Sequence record: DRR723986_1873
Reading direction: 5' to 3' (one strand)
DNA: 64,000 nucleotides
The translations under genes and the position numbers were made by a program. Position 1 is the stretch's first letter. The number at the start of each line of letters is the position of its first letter. The notes under the pieces are model-generated. The model worked only from the letters and a program-made list of their open reading frames with translations. It made no database searches and had not been told where the DNA came from. Shown piece by piece: positions 1-11,070 of the stretch.

Positions 1-795
1 GCGCATGATCTGGTATTCCTTGTCGGTCAGGGTCTGGGCCGGCGCAACCGTTATGGAATCGCCCGTGTGCACACCCATGGCGTCGAAGTTCTCGATCGAG
101 CAGACAATGATGCAGTTGTCGTTGCGATCGCGCACGACTTCCATCTCAAACTCTTTCCAGCCGATCAGGGACTCGTCGATCAGCAGTTCACTGGTCGGCG
201 ACAGGTCCAGGCCGCGCAGGCAGATTTCCTCGAATTCGTCGCGGTTGTAGGCAATACCGCCGCCGGAGCCGCCCATGGTGAACGAGGGCCGGATAATGCA
301 GGGGAAACCGATCGAATCCAGCACCTGGAAGGCCTCTTCCAGACTGTGGGCAGTCGCCGCCCGCGGCGTTTCGAGGCCAATCCGTTTCATGGCCTGGTCG
401 AACAGCTGCCGGTCCTCGGCCTTGTCGATGGCCTCCTTGGTGGCGCCGATCATCTCTACGCCGTGGGCTTCCAGCACCCCCTCGCGAGCGAGGTCCAGGG
501 CGCAGTTCAGGGCCGTCTGCCCACCCATGGTCGGCAGCAGCGCATCGGGTTTTTCCGTCTCGATAATGCGGCTCACGGTGCGCCATTCAATGGGCTCGAT
601 GTAGGTCGCATCGGCCATCGACGGATCGGTCATGATGGTCGCCGGGTTTGAGTTGACCAGGATGACCCGGTAGCCCTCTTCGCGCAGGGCCTTACAGGCC
701 TGGGCGCCGGAGTAGTCGAACTCACAGGCCTGGCCGATAACGATGGGGCCGGCGCCGAGAATCAGGATGCTCTGGATGTCAGTACGTTTTGGCAT
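1..795 (-). CDS. carB: Carbamoyl-phosphate synthase large subunit, N-terminal part (runs off window)
   Basis: Manual translation from ATG at 795 gives [30 protein letters not shown]; lies directly downstream of carA. Confidence 0.97.
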   Translation of the reverse strand, partial: MPKRTDIQSILILGAGPIVIGQACEFDYSGAQACKALREEGYRVILVNSNPATIMTDPSMADATYIEPIEWRTVSRIIETEKPDALLPTMGGQTALNCALDLAREGVLEAHGVEMIGATKEAIDKAEDRQLFDQAMKRIGLETPRAATAHSLEEAFQVLDSIGFPCIIRPSFTMGGSGGGIAYNRDEFEEICLRGLDLSPTSELLIDESLIGWKEFEMEVVRDRNDNCIIVCSIENFDAMGVHTGDSITVAPAQTLTDKEYQIMR

Positions 796-798
796 GGT

Positions 799-1944
799 TC
801 AGGGGGTCGTCCCGGCGTGGGCGGCAATAAGTTCAATGAAGTGGTCGAACAGCGGGGCCGCATCGTGGGGCCCGGGGCTGGCTTCCGGGTGCCCCTGGAA
901 ACTGAACGCCGGCTTGTCGGTGCGGTGAATACCCTGCAGCGAACCGTCGAACAGCGACTTGTGGGTGACCCGCAGATTGTCCGGCAGGCAACTCTCGTCG
1001 ACCGCGAAGCCGTGATTCTGGCTGGTGATCAGTACCGTACCGTCGTCCAGGTTTTGTACCGGGTGGTTGGCCCCGTGATGACCGAACTTCATCTTCACCG
1101 TCCGCGCGCCACTGGCAAGACCCAGCAGCTGGTGGCCCAGGCAAATGCCGAAGATTGGCAGACCGGTTTCCAGCAGCTCGGTAATAGCCTGGATGGCGTA
1201 GTCGCAAGGTTCGGGATCCCCGGGGCCATTGGACAGGAAAACGCCATCGGGTTGCAGCGCCAGCACCTCGGCCGCAGGCGTCTGTGCCGGGACCACGGTG
1301 AGCCGGCAGCCACGGTCGACCAGCATGCGCAGGATATTGCGCTTGACGCCGTAATCGTAGGCCACAACGTGCCAGGGCAGATCGGCGGGCGCATGCTGCA
1401 CATGGCCGGTCTCGTGCACCCAGCTGCCCTCAGTCCAGGGGTAGCTGGCGGTCGCCGTGACCTCGCAGGCCAGGTCCATACCCTTGAGTCCGGCGAAGCC
1501 CCGCGCCTCGACCAGGGCGCGTTCCTCATCGATCGCGTCACCGGCCATCAGGCAGCCATTGAGGGCGCCCTTTTCACGCAGGATGCGGGTCAGGCGACGG
1601 GTGTCGATATCGGCGATGGCGACAATACCGCGCTCGCGCAGGTAGCCGCTCAGATCCTGCTGGTTGCGGTAATTGCTGGCCAGCAGCGGCAGGTCGCGGA
1701 TCACCAGGCCGGCGGCGTGGATCGCGCCGGACTCCTCGTCCTCGGGATTGGTGCCGGTATTGCCTATATGGGGATAGGTCAGGGTGACAATCTGACGGGC
1801 ATAGGAGGGATCCGTGAGAATCTCCTGGTAGCCCGTCATCGCCGTATTGAAAACCACTTCGCCAACGGATTGCCCATCAGCGCCGATTGCGAGGCCCCGA
1901 AAGATACTGCCGTCCTCGAGTGCCAGAATCGCTGGACCGAACAA
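799..1944 (-). CDS. carA: Carbamoyl-phosphate synthase small subunit
   Basis: [28 protein letters not shown] and FQGHPE motifs; TTG start with GGGAGG RBS. Confidence 0.97.
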   Translation of the reverse strand: MFGPAILALEDGSIFRGLAIGADGQSVGEVVFNTAMTGYQEILTDPSYARQIVTLTYPHIGNTGTNPEDEESGAIHAAGLVIRDLPLLASNYRNQQDLSGYLRERGIVAIADIDTRRLTRILREKGALNGCLMAGDAIDEERALVEARGFAGLKGMDLACEVTATASYPWTEGSWVHETGHVQHAPADLPWHVVAYDYGVKRNILRMLVDRGCRLTVVPAQTPAAEVLALQPDGVFLSNGPGDPEPCDYAIQAITELLETGLPIFGICLGHQLLGLASGARTVKMKFGHHGANHPVQNLDDGTVLITSQNHGFAVDESCLPDNLRVTHKSLFDGSLQGIHRTDKPAFSFQGHPEASPGPHDAAPLFDHFIELIAAHAGTTP

Positions 1945-1989
1945 GCCTGCCTCCCTGGTTACCGGTTAGCCGTGTCAGCCGAGCGCCCG

Positions 1990-2026
1990 AAAAAAAGCGA
2001 GATGGGTATCCACATCTCGCTTTTTT
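1990..2026 (-). terminator. Intrinsic terminator-like hairpin in the carA leader (probable attenuator)
   Basis: Minus strand reads GCGAGATG-tggatacc-CATCTCGC-TTTTTTT, about 45 nt upstream of the carA start; TAAAAT -10-like box at 2105-2110. Confidence 0.8.
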
Positions 2027-2248
2027 CCATAAATATCGCTCTGGCTGTCGCACGGTGAGCACGCCCTACCGACCTGTTGTCGGGGGCATGAAATCTGGCG
2101 CACGATTTTAGGGGAATGGACTGGGCCTGTCCAGCCGCAGCGCCCTTAACCGTGCGATCAGCCGCAAGGGCACCGGCGTCAGTGCCGGGCGCTGGCTTTC
2201 CCCGCCAGCTACCTTATGATGCGTGTTTGATTGCGGGGGAGCAGCAGC

Positions 2249-3082
2249 GTGGACTATTTCAAGGGCAAGCAGGCAGTAATCACCGGAGCCGGCTCGGGCA
2301 TCGGCCGGGCGCTGGCCCTGGAGCTCAATCGCCAGGGCTGCCAGCTCTGGCTCGGCGATGTAAACGATGTTGCGCTGGCGGAAACCGTTTCCCTGCTGGA
2401 ACAGCCAGACGCAGGCTGCCACAGTACCCACCTCGACGTGGCGGATCGGGAGGCCGTACATGCGCTGGCGGCAAGCATCGAGCAGCAGGTGGGCCACGTC
2501 GACCTGGTGGTCAACAACGCCGGAGTCGGCCTGGGCTGCCGGGTTGATGAGATGCGCTACGAGGACCTGGAATGGCTGATGGGCATCAACTTCTGGGGCG
2601 TGGTCCACGGCACCCTCGCCTTCCTGCCACTGCTCAAGCGGGCCCGGCAGGGTCACCTGGTGAATATCTCCTCGGTGTTCGGCATGGTCGGTATCCCTAC
2701 CCAGTCGGCCTACAACGCGGCCAAGTTCGCGGTACGCGGGTTCACCGAGTCGCTGCGCCAGGAAATGGCGGGCAGCAACGTGCACGTGTGCTGCGTACAC
2801 CCCGGGGGCATCAAGACCAATATCGCGCGCAACGCCCGCAGCCTGGATCCCGGCAGTACGCCCGAGCAGCGCGACGCAATGTTTGAGAAAGCCGCCCGCA
2901 CCACGGCGGCGTCCGCCGCTGAGCAAATCCTGCGGGCAGCGCAGAAGCGCAAGAAACGCCTGATGATCGGCACAGATGCGAAATACCTGTCGCTGATCTC
3001 GCGGCTCTTCCCGGTGGCCTATCCGCGTTTTATTCCCGGCCTGGGCGATCTGCGGGACGCGATGACCACCAGCAGCGAGTGA
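2249..3082 (+). CDS. Short-chain dehydrogenase/reductase
   Basis: TGAGSGIG, NNAG and YNAAK motifs; GTG start at 2249 after GGGGGAG. Confidence 0.9.
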   Translation: MDYFKGKQAVITGAGSGIGRALALELNRQGCQLWLGDVNDVALAETVSLLEQPDAGCHSTHLDVADREAVHALAASIEQQVGHVDLVVNNAGVGLGCRVDEMRYEDLEWLMGINFWGVVHGTLAFLPLLKRARQGHLVNISSVFGMVGIPTQSAYNAAKFAVRGFTESLRQEMAGSNVHVCCVHPGGIKTNIARNARSLDPGSTPEQRDAMFEKAARTTAASAAEQILRAAQKRKKRLMIGTDAKYLSLISRLFPVAYPRFIPGLGDLRDAMTTSSE

Positions 3083-3126
3083 GCTGCCGTATACTGTCCT
3101 GATCCCAGGCTGAGACAGCGAGACTT

Positions 3127-4335
3127 TTGGACGACACCAAGCACCAGTTATCGCGCCACCAGCTGACCGTACTCATTCTCGCGCTCATGGCGACCGGTAT
3201 CGGCCAGTCGCTGGTGTTCGCCATTCTCGCCCCACTGGGCCGCGAGGTCGGCCTGCGGGAAGTGCAGATCACGTCGATTATCGCGGTATCGGCCCTGGTA
3301 TTCGGGGTGGCGGCGCCCTTCTGGGGCCGGCTCAGTGATCGCATCGGGCGGCGCCCGGTGATGATTACCGGGCTGGTCGGCTACACTCTGGGTACCCTGG
3401 TGTTCACCACCGTGTTCTACCTGGGCTTGCACGGCGTACTCGGCGGACTGGTGCTCTACGCCGTCGCCTTGCTGGCCCGCTGCGGCCAGTCCGTAATCAT
3501 GTCGGCCACCAACCCCAGCGCCACGGCCTATGCCGCCGACAACACCTCCCGCGGGGAACGCACCCGGGCAATGGCCCGCCTGGGCACTGCCAACAGCATG
3601 GGGATGATTCTTGGCCCTGCGGTGAGTGGCGCCCTGGCTACCTTCGGCCTGCTGGCACCGCTGTATTTCGCCGCCTCCCTGGCGGCCTGCGCCGCATTGC
3701 TGGTCTGGCGCCAACTGCCGGTAACCCCGGAAGAGCGCCTGACCCAGCGCCGCAGCCAGCGCAGGCTGCGCTTCCTGGACCCGCGCCTGAGGCTCTACGT
3801 GGCCAGCGCAGTGGGGCTGTTCATCGGCTTTTCCGGAATCCAGCAAACCCTGGGCTTCCAGTTGCAGGACAAGCTGCAGCTCAGCGGCATCGCCACCGCC
3901 CAGATGACCGGTGCTGCGCTGATGGTATCGGCGTCGTTTACCTTCCTGGTCCAGGTCACGGTAATGCAGCGCCTCAAGCTCGAGGCCACCCAGTTCGTCC
4001 GCATCGGCCTGCTCTCCATGCTGTTCGGGGCCTCTATCGTGGCCGCTTTCGAGACCTTTGCAGTACTGGCGGTCGGGATGGCGTTTCTCGGCACCGGGCT
4101 GGGCCTGTGTGTGCCGGCAATCAGCGCCGGAGCTTCACTGGCAGTAGAGGCAGATGAACAGGGCGGCGCAGCCGGGCTGATCGGTGCCTGTCCCGCCCTC
4201 GGTTTTACCGTTGGCCCGGTGGCCGCCGGCGCCCTGTACCAGGTACACGGCCCGCTGGCGCCGCTGTTCAGCGCCACGGTATTTTTCCTGGTGCTGGTGG
4301 CACTGGTATTCAACGAGCGCCGCCGCGGCCGCTGA
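3127..4335 (+). CDS. MFS transporter (TetA/DHA1-like)
   Basis: About 12 hydrophobic segments; motif A GRLSDRIGRRP. Confidence 0.88.
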   Translation: MDDTKHQLSRHQLTVLILALMATGIGQSLVFAILAPLGREVGLREVQITSIIAVSALVFGVAAPFWGRLSDRIGRRPVMITGLVGYTLGTLVFTTVFYLGLHGVLGGLVLYAVALLARCGQSVIMSATNPSATAYAADNTSRGERTRAMARLGTANSMGMILGPAVSGALATFGLLAPLYFAASLAACAALLVWRQLPVTPEERLTQRRSQRRLRFLDPRLRLYVASAVGLFIGFSGIQQTLGFQLQDKLQLSGIATAQMTGAALMVSASFTFLVQVTVMQRLKLEATQFVRIGLLSMLFGASIVAAFETFAVLAVGMAFLGTGLGLCVPAISAGASLAVEADEQGGAAGLIGACPALGFTVGPVAAGALYQVHGPLAPLFSATVFFLVLVALVFNERRRGR

Positions 4336-4355
4336 TTGCAAACGCCCGGCGCTGC

Positions 4356-4790
4356 TCAGGCCTGCAACTTCTCCAGCGCGAGGCGCAGGGGCGCGGGTAT
4401 CGGCACCGAGCGGTTGCTCGCACGATCCACGAACACGTGCACAAAGAACCCGTGGGCACAGGCTTTTTCTTGCCCTTCCCTGAAGATGCCGATGCCGTAT
4501 TGCACCGAGCTGTTGCCGAGGTGATCAACCCGCACGCCCGCCTCGATCCTGTCCGGGTGCGCGATAGGCGCGTGGTACTCGCAGCCAGACTTCACCACAA
4601 AGCCCACCGTGGTGGCGTCCTGGGGGTCCAGCCCGCCCTGCTCGATCAGGTACTGGTTGGCGGCGGTATCGAAATAAGAGTAATACACCACGTTATTGAT
4701 ATGGCCGTAGATGTCATTATCTTCCCAGCGCGTGGTGATCGGGTACAACACGCCGTAATCGGCGCGCGAGGGGGGTTCGGGTCTGCTCAT
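4356..4790 (-). CDS. Acyl-CoA thioesterase (4HBT/YbgC hot-dog family)
   Basis: DNDIYGHINNVVYYSYFD motif. Confidence 0.88.
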   Translation of the reverse strand: MSRPEPPSRADYGVLYPITTRWEDNDIYGHINNVVYYSYFDTAANQYLIEQGGLDPQDATTVGFVVKSGCEYHAPIAHPDRIEAGVRVDHLGNSSVQYGIGIFREGQEKACAHGFFVHVFVDRASNRSVPIPAPLRLALEKLQA

Positions 4791-5962
4791 GTCGCCTCCC
4801 GGTAGGATGCCCGGTAAATCGCCAGCGCGTCGTCGTAACCGACCTCGCGCGGATTGTTGATCAACAGTCGCTGCTGCAGCATCGCATCCTGCGCCAGCAG
4901 CTCCAGCCCGGATTCAGGCACCCCCGCTGCCTCGAGGGTCGAGGGCAGGCCAACATCGTCGATCAGCTTGCGCAGAGCCTGCACCAGGGCCGCAGCCTGC
5001 GCTTCCACGCTGCCACCTACCGCTTCGCCCACGACCAGCGGGGCGAGTTCTGCATACAGGTGGCTTGCGGCGGGAGTATTGAACTCGAGCACCGCGGGCA
5101 GCACCAGGGAATTGCTCAGGCCATGAGGTATGTGATGGTGCCCGCCCAGGGGATAGGCCAGGGCGTGCACCGCCGCTACCGGCGCGTTGGCGAAAGCCTG
5201 TCCCGCGAGCATGGCGCCCAGCAGCATATTGCTGCGGGCCGCACGGTCAGCGCCATCGTGTACCGCAGTACGGATATTGCCTGCCAACAGGCGCAGGGCC
5301 TCCCGGGCAAGATTGTCGGACAGCGGATTTTTCTTGTGCTGAGAGGTGTAGGCCTCGATCGCATGCACCATCGCATCGACCCCGGTCATGGCGGTGACTG
5401 CCGGGGGCAGGCCAAGGGTGAGATCGGCATCCAGCACGGCCACGTCCGGCAGCAGGGTGGCCGAGGAAACCCCGGCCTTGGTCGTCGCCCCGGTGGTAAT
5501 CACCGCCACCGGCGTGACCTCGGAACCGGTTCCCGCGGTCGTCGGCACCAGGATCAGCGGCAAACGCGAGCCCTCCACCTGGTCTACCCCGTACATCTGC
5601 TGCAGCGCCTGGTCACCGGCCAGCAGCGCGGCAACCACCTTGGCCACATCCATCGAGCTGCCGCCACCGACGGCAATAACACCGTCGATACCGGCATCGC
5701 GGCCAAGACGGGCAGCATCCTCGACCGTCTGTTCCGGCGGGTCTTCACGCACCTGGTCGAACAGGGTGAGCTCGAAGCCGGCGGCGGCCAGACCCTCGAT
5801 AACCGGCTGCACCAGGCCAATGGCCATCAGCCCGGGGTCGGTCACCAGCAGGACATGCCGCATGCCCAGACCGGCGCATTGCTCGCCGAGGGTCAGCGCC
5901 GCACCGGGGCGGTTGACCACCTGGCGTACCGTATTGAAAACAAAGTCGTGCATCGCGCTCAC
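4787..5962 (-). CDS. Iron-containing alcohol dehydrogenase
   Basis: GGGSSMD, PTTAGTGSE, DAMVHAIE and HALAYPLGGHHHIPHG motifs. Confidence 0.92.
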   Translation of the reverse strand: MSAMHDFVFNTVRQVVNRPGAALTLGEQCAGLGMRHVLLVTDPGLMAIGLVQPVIEGLAAAGFELTLFDQVREDPPEQTVEDAARLGRDAGIDGVIAVGGGSSMDVAKVVAALLAGDQALQQMYGVDQVEGSRLPLILVPTTAGTGSEVTPVAVITTGATTKAGVSSATLLPDVAVLDADLTLGLPPAVTAMTGVDAMVHAIEAYTSQHKKNPLSDNLAREALRLLAGNIRTAVHDGADRAARSNMLLGAMLAGQAFANAPVAAVHALAYPLGGHHHIPHGLSNSLVLPAVLEFNTPAASHLYAELAPLVVGEAVGGSVEAQAAALVQALRKLIDDVGLPSTLEAAGVPESGLELLAQDAMLQQRLLINNPREVGYDDALAIYRASYREAT

Positions 5963-6942
5963 CCCTGGTTGGTGATGATTACCTTGCCCCGTGCCCGACG
6001 TTCGATCATGCAGTTGAAGGCGTCCTCATACTGCTCCAGAGGGAAGACATCGGTAACCACCGGGTTCAGTTTACCCTCTGCAAACAGGCCCCACAGTTCT
6101 TCGATGTTGGCCAGGTTTTGCGCCGGCTCTTCCATGGTGAAGCGACCCCAGAACACACCGACCAGGGAACAGCCTTTCAACAGGGCAAGATTGAGCGGGA
6201 TTTTCGGGATCGGTCCGCTGGCAAAGCCAATGACCAGGAAACGGCCATTCCAGGCCATGCTGCGGATCGCCGCCTCGCTGAAATCACCGCCGACCGGGTC
6301 GTAAACCACGTCCACGCCCTTACCGCCGGTCAGCGCCTTGAGCCGTTCGCGCAGGTCCTCGGTGGAATAATTGATGCACTCGTCGGCGCCCAGTTTACGA
6401 CACAGGTCCAGTTTTTCTTCGCTGCTCGCCGCGGCAATGACCCTGGCTCCCATCAGCTTGCCAAGCTCGACCGCAGTACTGCCAACACCGCCGGCTGCAC
6501 CCAGCACCAGCAGCGTCTCACCGGACTGCAGCTTGGCGCGCTGCTTCAATGCGTAGTGTGAGGTGAAATAGGTGATCGCGACTCCCGCTGCCTGTTCGTA
6601 GCTCAGGCCCTGGGGCATCGGGAACACCAGCATCTCATTGGCCGCCACCCGCTCGGCGAAAGCGCCGGTGCCGCCCATGGTGACCACCTTGTCGCCCGGC
6701 TTGAAGCGGGTGACCTTTGAACCCACCGCCAGCACATCGCCGGCGCACTCACCACCCGGGATAAAGGGCATGTCCGGCTGGGTCTGGTACTTGCCCTGGA
6801 TCATCAGCACATCCGGGAAATTGAGTCCGCCGGCGCGGATCTCGATCAGGACCTCGTGTTCGCCGGGCTCCGGCTCCGGCCAGTCCTGGGCCAGGCTCAA
6901 CTTGTCCGCCATGCCGTGTTCGCTACAGATGACTGCTTTCAT
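5959..6942 (-). CDS. NADPH:quinone oxidoreductase (zeta-crystallin/MDR family)
   Basis: GLNFPD, GAAGGVG and DVVYDPVGG motifs. Confidence 0.9.
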   Translation of the reverse strand: MKAVICSEHGMADKLSLAQDWPEPEPGEHEVLIEIRAGGLNFPDVLMIQGKYQTQPDMPFIPGGECAGDVLAVGSKVTRFKPGDKVVTMGGTGAFAERVAANEMLVFPMPQGLSYEQAAGVAITYFTSHYALKQRAKLQSGETLLVLGAAGGVGSTAVELGKLMGARVIAAASSEEKLDLCRKLGADECINYSTEDLRERLKALTGGKGVDVVYDPVGGDFSEAAIRSMAWNGRFLVIGFASGPIPKIPLNLALLKGCSLVGVFWGRFTMEEPAQNLANIEELWGLFAEGKLNPVVTDVFPLEQYEDAFNCMIERRARGKVIITNQG

Positions 6943-6989
6943 ATTGTGCTCCTACCCTCTATTCAAAACGCGGACCCCGCGGCCCAAAC

Positions 6990-7017
6990 AAAGACGGCGC
7001 CCGCGGGCGCCGTCTTT
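6990..7017 (-). terminator. Perfect 28-bp palindrome, probable intrinsic terminator after the thiolase
   Basis: AAAGACGGCGCCC-GC-GGGCGCCGTCTTT followed by GTTT on the minus strand. Confidence 0.7.
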
Positions 7018-7030
7018 ATCACCAGTCGAC

Positions 7031-8209
7031 TCAGGCGACCTCGAACAGACCGGCCGCGCCCATACCGCCACCAACGCACATGGTAACAACCACGTACTTG
7101 ACACCACGGCGCTTGCCCTCGATCAGGGCGTGACCGACCATCCGCGAGCCGCTCATACCGTAGGGGTGGCCGATAGAAATGGCGCCACCGTCCACGTTCA
7201 GCTTGTCATTGTCGATACCGAGACGGTCGCGGCAGTAAAGCACCTGTACCGCAAAGGCCTCGTTCAGCTCCCACAGGCCGATATCATCAATGGTCAGGCC
7301 ATGGGCCTTGAGCAGTTTGGGCACAGCGAACACCGGGCCGATACCCATCTCGTCGGGCTCACAGCCGGCAACCGCAATACCGCGGTAATAGCCCAGCGGC
7401 TCCAGACCTTCCTGCTCCGCCACACGGGCATCCATCACCACCTGCGCGGACGAACCGTCCGACAGCTGGGAAGCGTTACCCGCGGTAATGGTACCGCCCT
7501 CGACAACTGTCTTCAGGCCAGCAAGGCCCTCTGCGGTCGTGGCGCGCACGCCTTCGTCCGCGCTGACTGTGGCTTCAGCTTCCGACTGTTCGCCGGTTTC
7601 CTTGTTCCACACAATGCGCTTGCAGGTCACCGGCGTGAGCTCTGCATCGTAACGACCAGCCTCGTAGGCTGCCGCCGTACGCTGCTGGGATTGCAGGCCA
7701 TACTCGTCCATCGCCTCGCGCGAGATACCGTAGCGATCGGCTACCACCTCGGCAGTCTGCAGCATGGGCATGTAGATGTTGGGGTGCATGGCGAGCAGTT
7801 CTTCGTCCGCGCCACGGTAGCGGTTCATATTCTCGTTCTGGACCAGGGAGATCGATTCCAGGCCACCACCGACCACGCAGGTCATACCGTCATCGATAAT
7901 CTGCTTGGCTGCCGTGGCAACCGCCATCAGGCCCGAGGAACACTGGCGATCCAGGGTCATGCCGGATACGGTGACCGGCAGGCCGGCGCGCAGGGCAATT
8001 TGCCGGGCGATATTGGAGCCGGTGGCCCCCTGCTGCATCGCAGCGCCCATGATCACGTCGTCAACCCGCGCCGGGTCGATACCCGCGCGGCGAACCGCTT
8101 CACTGACCGATGCCGCACCGAGGGTGGCGCCACCAAGGTTGTTGAAACCGCCCCGGTAGGCTTTGCCAATCGGGGTACGGGCGGTAGAGACAATCACTGC
8201 TTCTTTCAT
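7031..8209 (-). CDS. Acetyl-CoA C-acyltransferase (thiolase)
   Basis: RQCSSG, NEAF, GHPYG and CVGGG motifs. Confidence 0.95.
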   Translation of the reverse strand: MKEAVIVSTARTPIGKAYRGGFNNLGGATLGAASVSEAVRRAGIDPARVDDVIMGAAMQQGATGSNIARQIALRAGLPVTVSGMTLDRQCSSGLMAVATAAKQIIDDGMTCVVGGGLESISLVQNENMNRYRGADEELLAMHPNIYMPMLQTAEVVADRYGISREAMDEYGLQSQQRTAAAYEAGRYDAELTPVTCKRIVWNKETGEQSEAEATVSADEGVRATTAEGLAGLKTVVEGGTITAGNASQLSDGSSAQVVMDARVAEQEGLEPLGYYRGIAVAGCEPDEMGIGPVFAVPKLLKAHGLTIDDIGLWELNEAFAVQVLYCRDRLGIDNDKLNVDGGAISIGHPYGMSGSRMVGHALIEGKRRGVKYVVVTMCVGGGMGAAGLFEVA

Positions 8210-8261
8210 ACTGTTTCTCCAAATATTGTTGTCATGCGGGGCAAGCCCCGTCGGCGGCCGC

Positions 8262-9182
8262 TCAGTCCAGTTTGATACCGAGTCCCTGGGCTGCCTTGCC
8301 GGTCATCTTGATGCTTTGCTCGAAGCCGGCATTTAACACCCGCTCCCCCTCGGTGGCGGTGATCTGGTCCCAGTGGGCAGCAATTCCTTCCGGAGTCTGC
8401 TCGTCCACCGGCAGCCAGGCGCCTTCCGTCTCAATAATCTTGGACACGGCAAAACTGCCCGCACCGGCACACAGAATGGTGCGGCTGGGAGCTTCTTCCG
8501 TGACCAGGAACAGCACCGCCGGCGTTACCGTTTCCGGGGTCAGCAGTTCGAAGGCTTTCTCTGCAATCAGGCCCTCGGTCATCCGCGTCCCGGCAGTGGG
8601 CGCCAGAGCGTTGATCTTCACATTGTACTTGGCACCTTCCTGGGCCAGGGTGTTCATCAAGCCGATCACGCCCATCTTGGCCGCACCGTAATTCGCCTGG
8701 CCGAAGTTGCCATACAGGCCGCTGGAGGAGGTGGTGACCACAATGCGCCCGTACTCCTGCGCCTTCATGAGGTCCCAACAGGCCTTGGTGCAGTTGACGG
8801 TACCCATCAGGTGCACGTCGACCACCAGGCGGAAATCTTCCAGGCTGCCCTTGCTGAAGCTCTTGTCGCGCAGGATGCCGGCATTGTTGACCAGGATGTC
8901 CACCCGGCCCCACTTGTCCACTGCCGCCTGCACCATGGCCTCAACTTCATCGTACTTGGCGACATTGGCCCCGTTGGCCATGGCCTCACCGCCGGCGGCT
9001 TCGATCTCAGCCACTACCGCCATGGCGGCTTCGCTTGAGGCGCCCGTGCCATCCACGGTGCCGCCCAGGTCATTGACCACAACCTTGGCACCGCGCTTGG
9101 CCAGTTCCAGCGCGTGGCTGCGGCCCAGGCCCTGGCCTGCTCCAGTAACTATGGCAACTTTGCCGTCATATCTAATCGTCAT
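8262..9182 (-). CDS. SDR resembling the MFE-2-type 3-hydroxyacyl-CoA dehydrogenase domain
   Basis: [24 protein letters not shown] and [12 protein letters not shown] motifs. Confidence 0.88.
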   Translation of the reverse strand: MTIRYDGKVAIVTGAGQGLGRSHALELAKRGAKVVVNDLGGTVDGTGASSEAAMAVVAEIEAAGGEAMANGANVAKYDEVEAMVQAAVDKWGRVDILVNNAGILRDKSFSKGSLEDFRLVVDVHLMGTVNCTKACWDLMKAQEYGRIVVTTSSSGLYGNFGQANYGAAKMGVIGLMNTLAQEGAKYNVKINALAPTAGTRMTEGLIAEKAFELLTPETVTPAVLFLVTEEAPSRTILCAGAGSFAVSKIIETEGAWLPVDEQTPEGIAAHWDQITATEGERVLNAGFEQSIKMTGKAAQGLGIKLD

Positions 9183-9224
9183 TACTGCGTCCTTGATAAC
9201 TGCGTGTGTAAGTCGATCGTCACC

Positions 9225-9689
9225 CTAAGCGGCAACAACCATGGAAAGCCATTCTGCTACCAGTGCCGGAGTTTCCTCACCCTCGATCTCTACCGAGACC
9301 GCCTGCTTGATCAGGAACCGACCGCCGTCTTTTTGCTCGACACTGAGGACCTCAGTGTGCGCGCGAACCCGCTTGCCGGCACGTACCGGGGCCAGGAAAC
9401 GCACCTTGTCGAAGCCGTAGTTGATACCCATAACCACATTCTCAGGCATCAGCCCCGAGTCCTTGCACATCGGCACCAGGCAGGACAGGGTCAGGAAACC
9501 GTGGGCGATAGTGCCGCCGAAGGGCGTCTTGGCCGCCTTCTCCTCGTCGAGATGGATGAACTGGTGATCGTCGGTGACATCCGCGAACTGGTTGATCCGC
9601 TCCTGGTCCAGGGTAATCCAGGGACCGGGCTCAAACTTGTGACCTACGTGGTTGACCATTTCGCTGGCCGGTACGACTTTAATTGCCAT
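9225..9689 (-). CDS. MaoC-family dehydratase/(R)-enoyl-CoA hydratase
   Basis: FADVTDDHQFIHLD and TIAHGFLTLS motifs. Confidence 0.9.
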   Translation of the reverse strand: MAIKVVPASEMVNHVGHKFEPGPWITLDQERINQFADVTDDHQFIHLDEEKAAKTPFGGTIAHGFLTLSCLVPMCKDSGLMPENVVMGINYGFDKVRFLAPVRAGKRVRAHTEVLSVEQKDGGRFLIKQAVSVEIEGEETPALVAEWLSMVVAA

Positions 9690-9777
9690 TGCTGTTTCCC
9701 CTGTCGTCTTGGATTGCAGAATCGATGTATTCCGGCGGCACGATCACCCATGGCGCGCGCCGCCGGCGCATTATGTA

Positions 9778-11028
9778 TCAGCCGTCGCGAAAGGTCGCGT
9801 TGACTTCGCCCTGCTGGGTGTACTTCTTCAGCTCGTGGCGACCCACCACCATGCGATGCACCTCGTCCGGGCCGTCTGCCAGGCGCAGGGTACGCTGGGC
9901 CATGTACATCCCCGCCAGCGGCGTGTCCTGGGATACGCCCAGCGCACCAAACATCTGGATCGCCTGGTCGACAATGCGGATGGAGATGTTGGGCACCGCG
10001 GTCTTGATCATCGATATCCAGACCCGGGCTTCCTTGGGATCGACGTTGTCCATCATCCACGCGGTCTTCAGGGTCAGCAGGCGAGCCTGCTCGATATCCA
10101 TGCGGGCATTAGCAATGATATCGATGTTGCCACCCAGGCGCGCCAGCGGCTTGCCGAAAGCGGTGCGGCTAACCGCCCGCTCGCAGAGCAGCGTGAGCGC
10201 CTTCTCGGCGGCACCAATCGCGCGCATACAGTGGTGAATCCGGCCGGGGCCGAGGCGACCCTGGGAGATCTCGAAACCGCGACCCGGGCCGAGGATGATA
10301 TTGTCTTTCGGTACCCGCACATTGGTGTAACGCTGGTGCATGTGCCCGTGCGGTGCATCGTCCATGGAAAACACGTTCATGGCCCGAATATTTTCCACCC
10401 CGGGAGTATCCATGGGCACCAGGATCTGTGACTGCTGGATGTGCTTGGCCGCGTCCGGATCTGTCTTCACCATCACGATCATGATTTTGCAGCGCGGATC
10501 ACCGGCACCGGAGATGTAATGCTTCTCGCCGTTGATCACCCACTCATCCCCGTCTAGTTCGGCGCGGGTACAGATATTGGTTGCGTCAGACGAGGCCACG
10601 CCGGGCTCGGTCATGGCGTAGGCAGAACGGATCTCGCCGTTCATCAGGGGCTCAAGCCACTGGGCTTTCTGCGCCTCGCTGCCGTATTTGTGCAGCACTT
10701 CCATATTCCCGGTATCAGGCGCGGCGCAATTGAAAACCTCCGCCGCGATGTGGGACTTGCCCATCTCCTCTGCCAGGTAAGCGTACTCCACCGTATTCAG
10801 GCCTGAGCCTTTTTCGCCATCGGTGAGGAAGAAATTCCACAAACCCTGGGACCGTGCTTTCGCCTTCAGGCTTTCCATGATCTCGGTCTGGCGCGCGGTA
10901 AACTGCCAGCGGTCACCAACCCCGATCTCGTTGATGTACTCGTGCTCAAGCGGTGCGACTTCTTCCGTGATGAAGTTCCTCACTGCTTCCAGCAGCGGGG
11001 CCACGTTTTTGCTGATACCTAAATCCAT
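9778..11028 (-). CDS. Acyl-CoA dehydrogenase
   Basis: APDTGNME, AMTEP, RLGPGRIHHCMR and LADGPDEVH motifs. Confidence 0.93.
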   Translation of the reverse strand: MDLGISKNVAPLLEAVRNFITEEVAPLEHEYINEIGVGDRWQFTARQTEIMESLKAKARSQGLWNFFLTDGEKGSGLNTVEYAYLAEEMGKSHIAAEVFNCAAPDTGNMEVLHKYGSEAQKAQWLEPLMNGEIRSAYAMTEPGVASSDATNICTRAELDGDEWVINGEKHYISGAGDPRCKIMIVMVKTDPDAAKHIQQSQILVPMDTPGVENIRAMNVFSMDDAPHGHMHQRYTNVRVPKDNIILGPGRGFEISQGRLGPGRIHHCMRAIGAAEKALTLLCERAVSRTAFGKPLARLGGNIDIIANARMDIEQARLLTLKTAWMMDNVDPKEARVWISMIKTAVPNISIRIVDQAIQMFGALGVSQDTPLAGMYMAQRTLRLADGPDEVHRMVVGRHELKKYTQQGEVNATFRDG

Positions 11029-11070
11029 ACCTGAGTCTCCTGTGGGTAGTCGCTGGTGCAGGGTCGACTG

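Noticed and set aside
8236-8251. GCAA-containing hairpins here and at 15371 and 48981 as a REP family
   Set aside because: Stems are short, differ in sequence and sit at gene ends; they fit ordinary terminators or stabilisers
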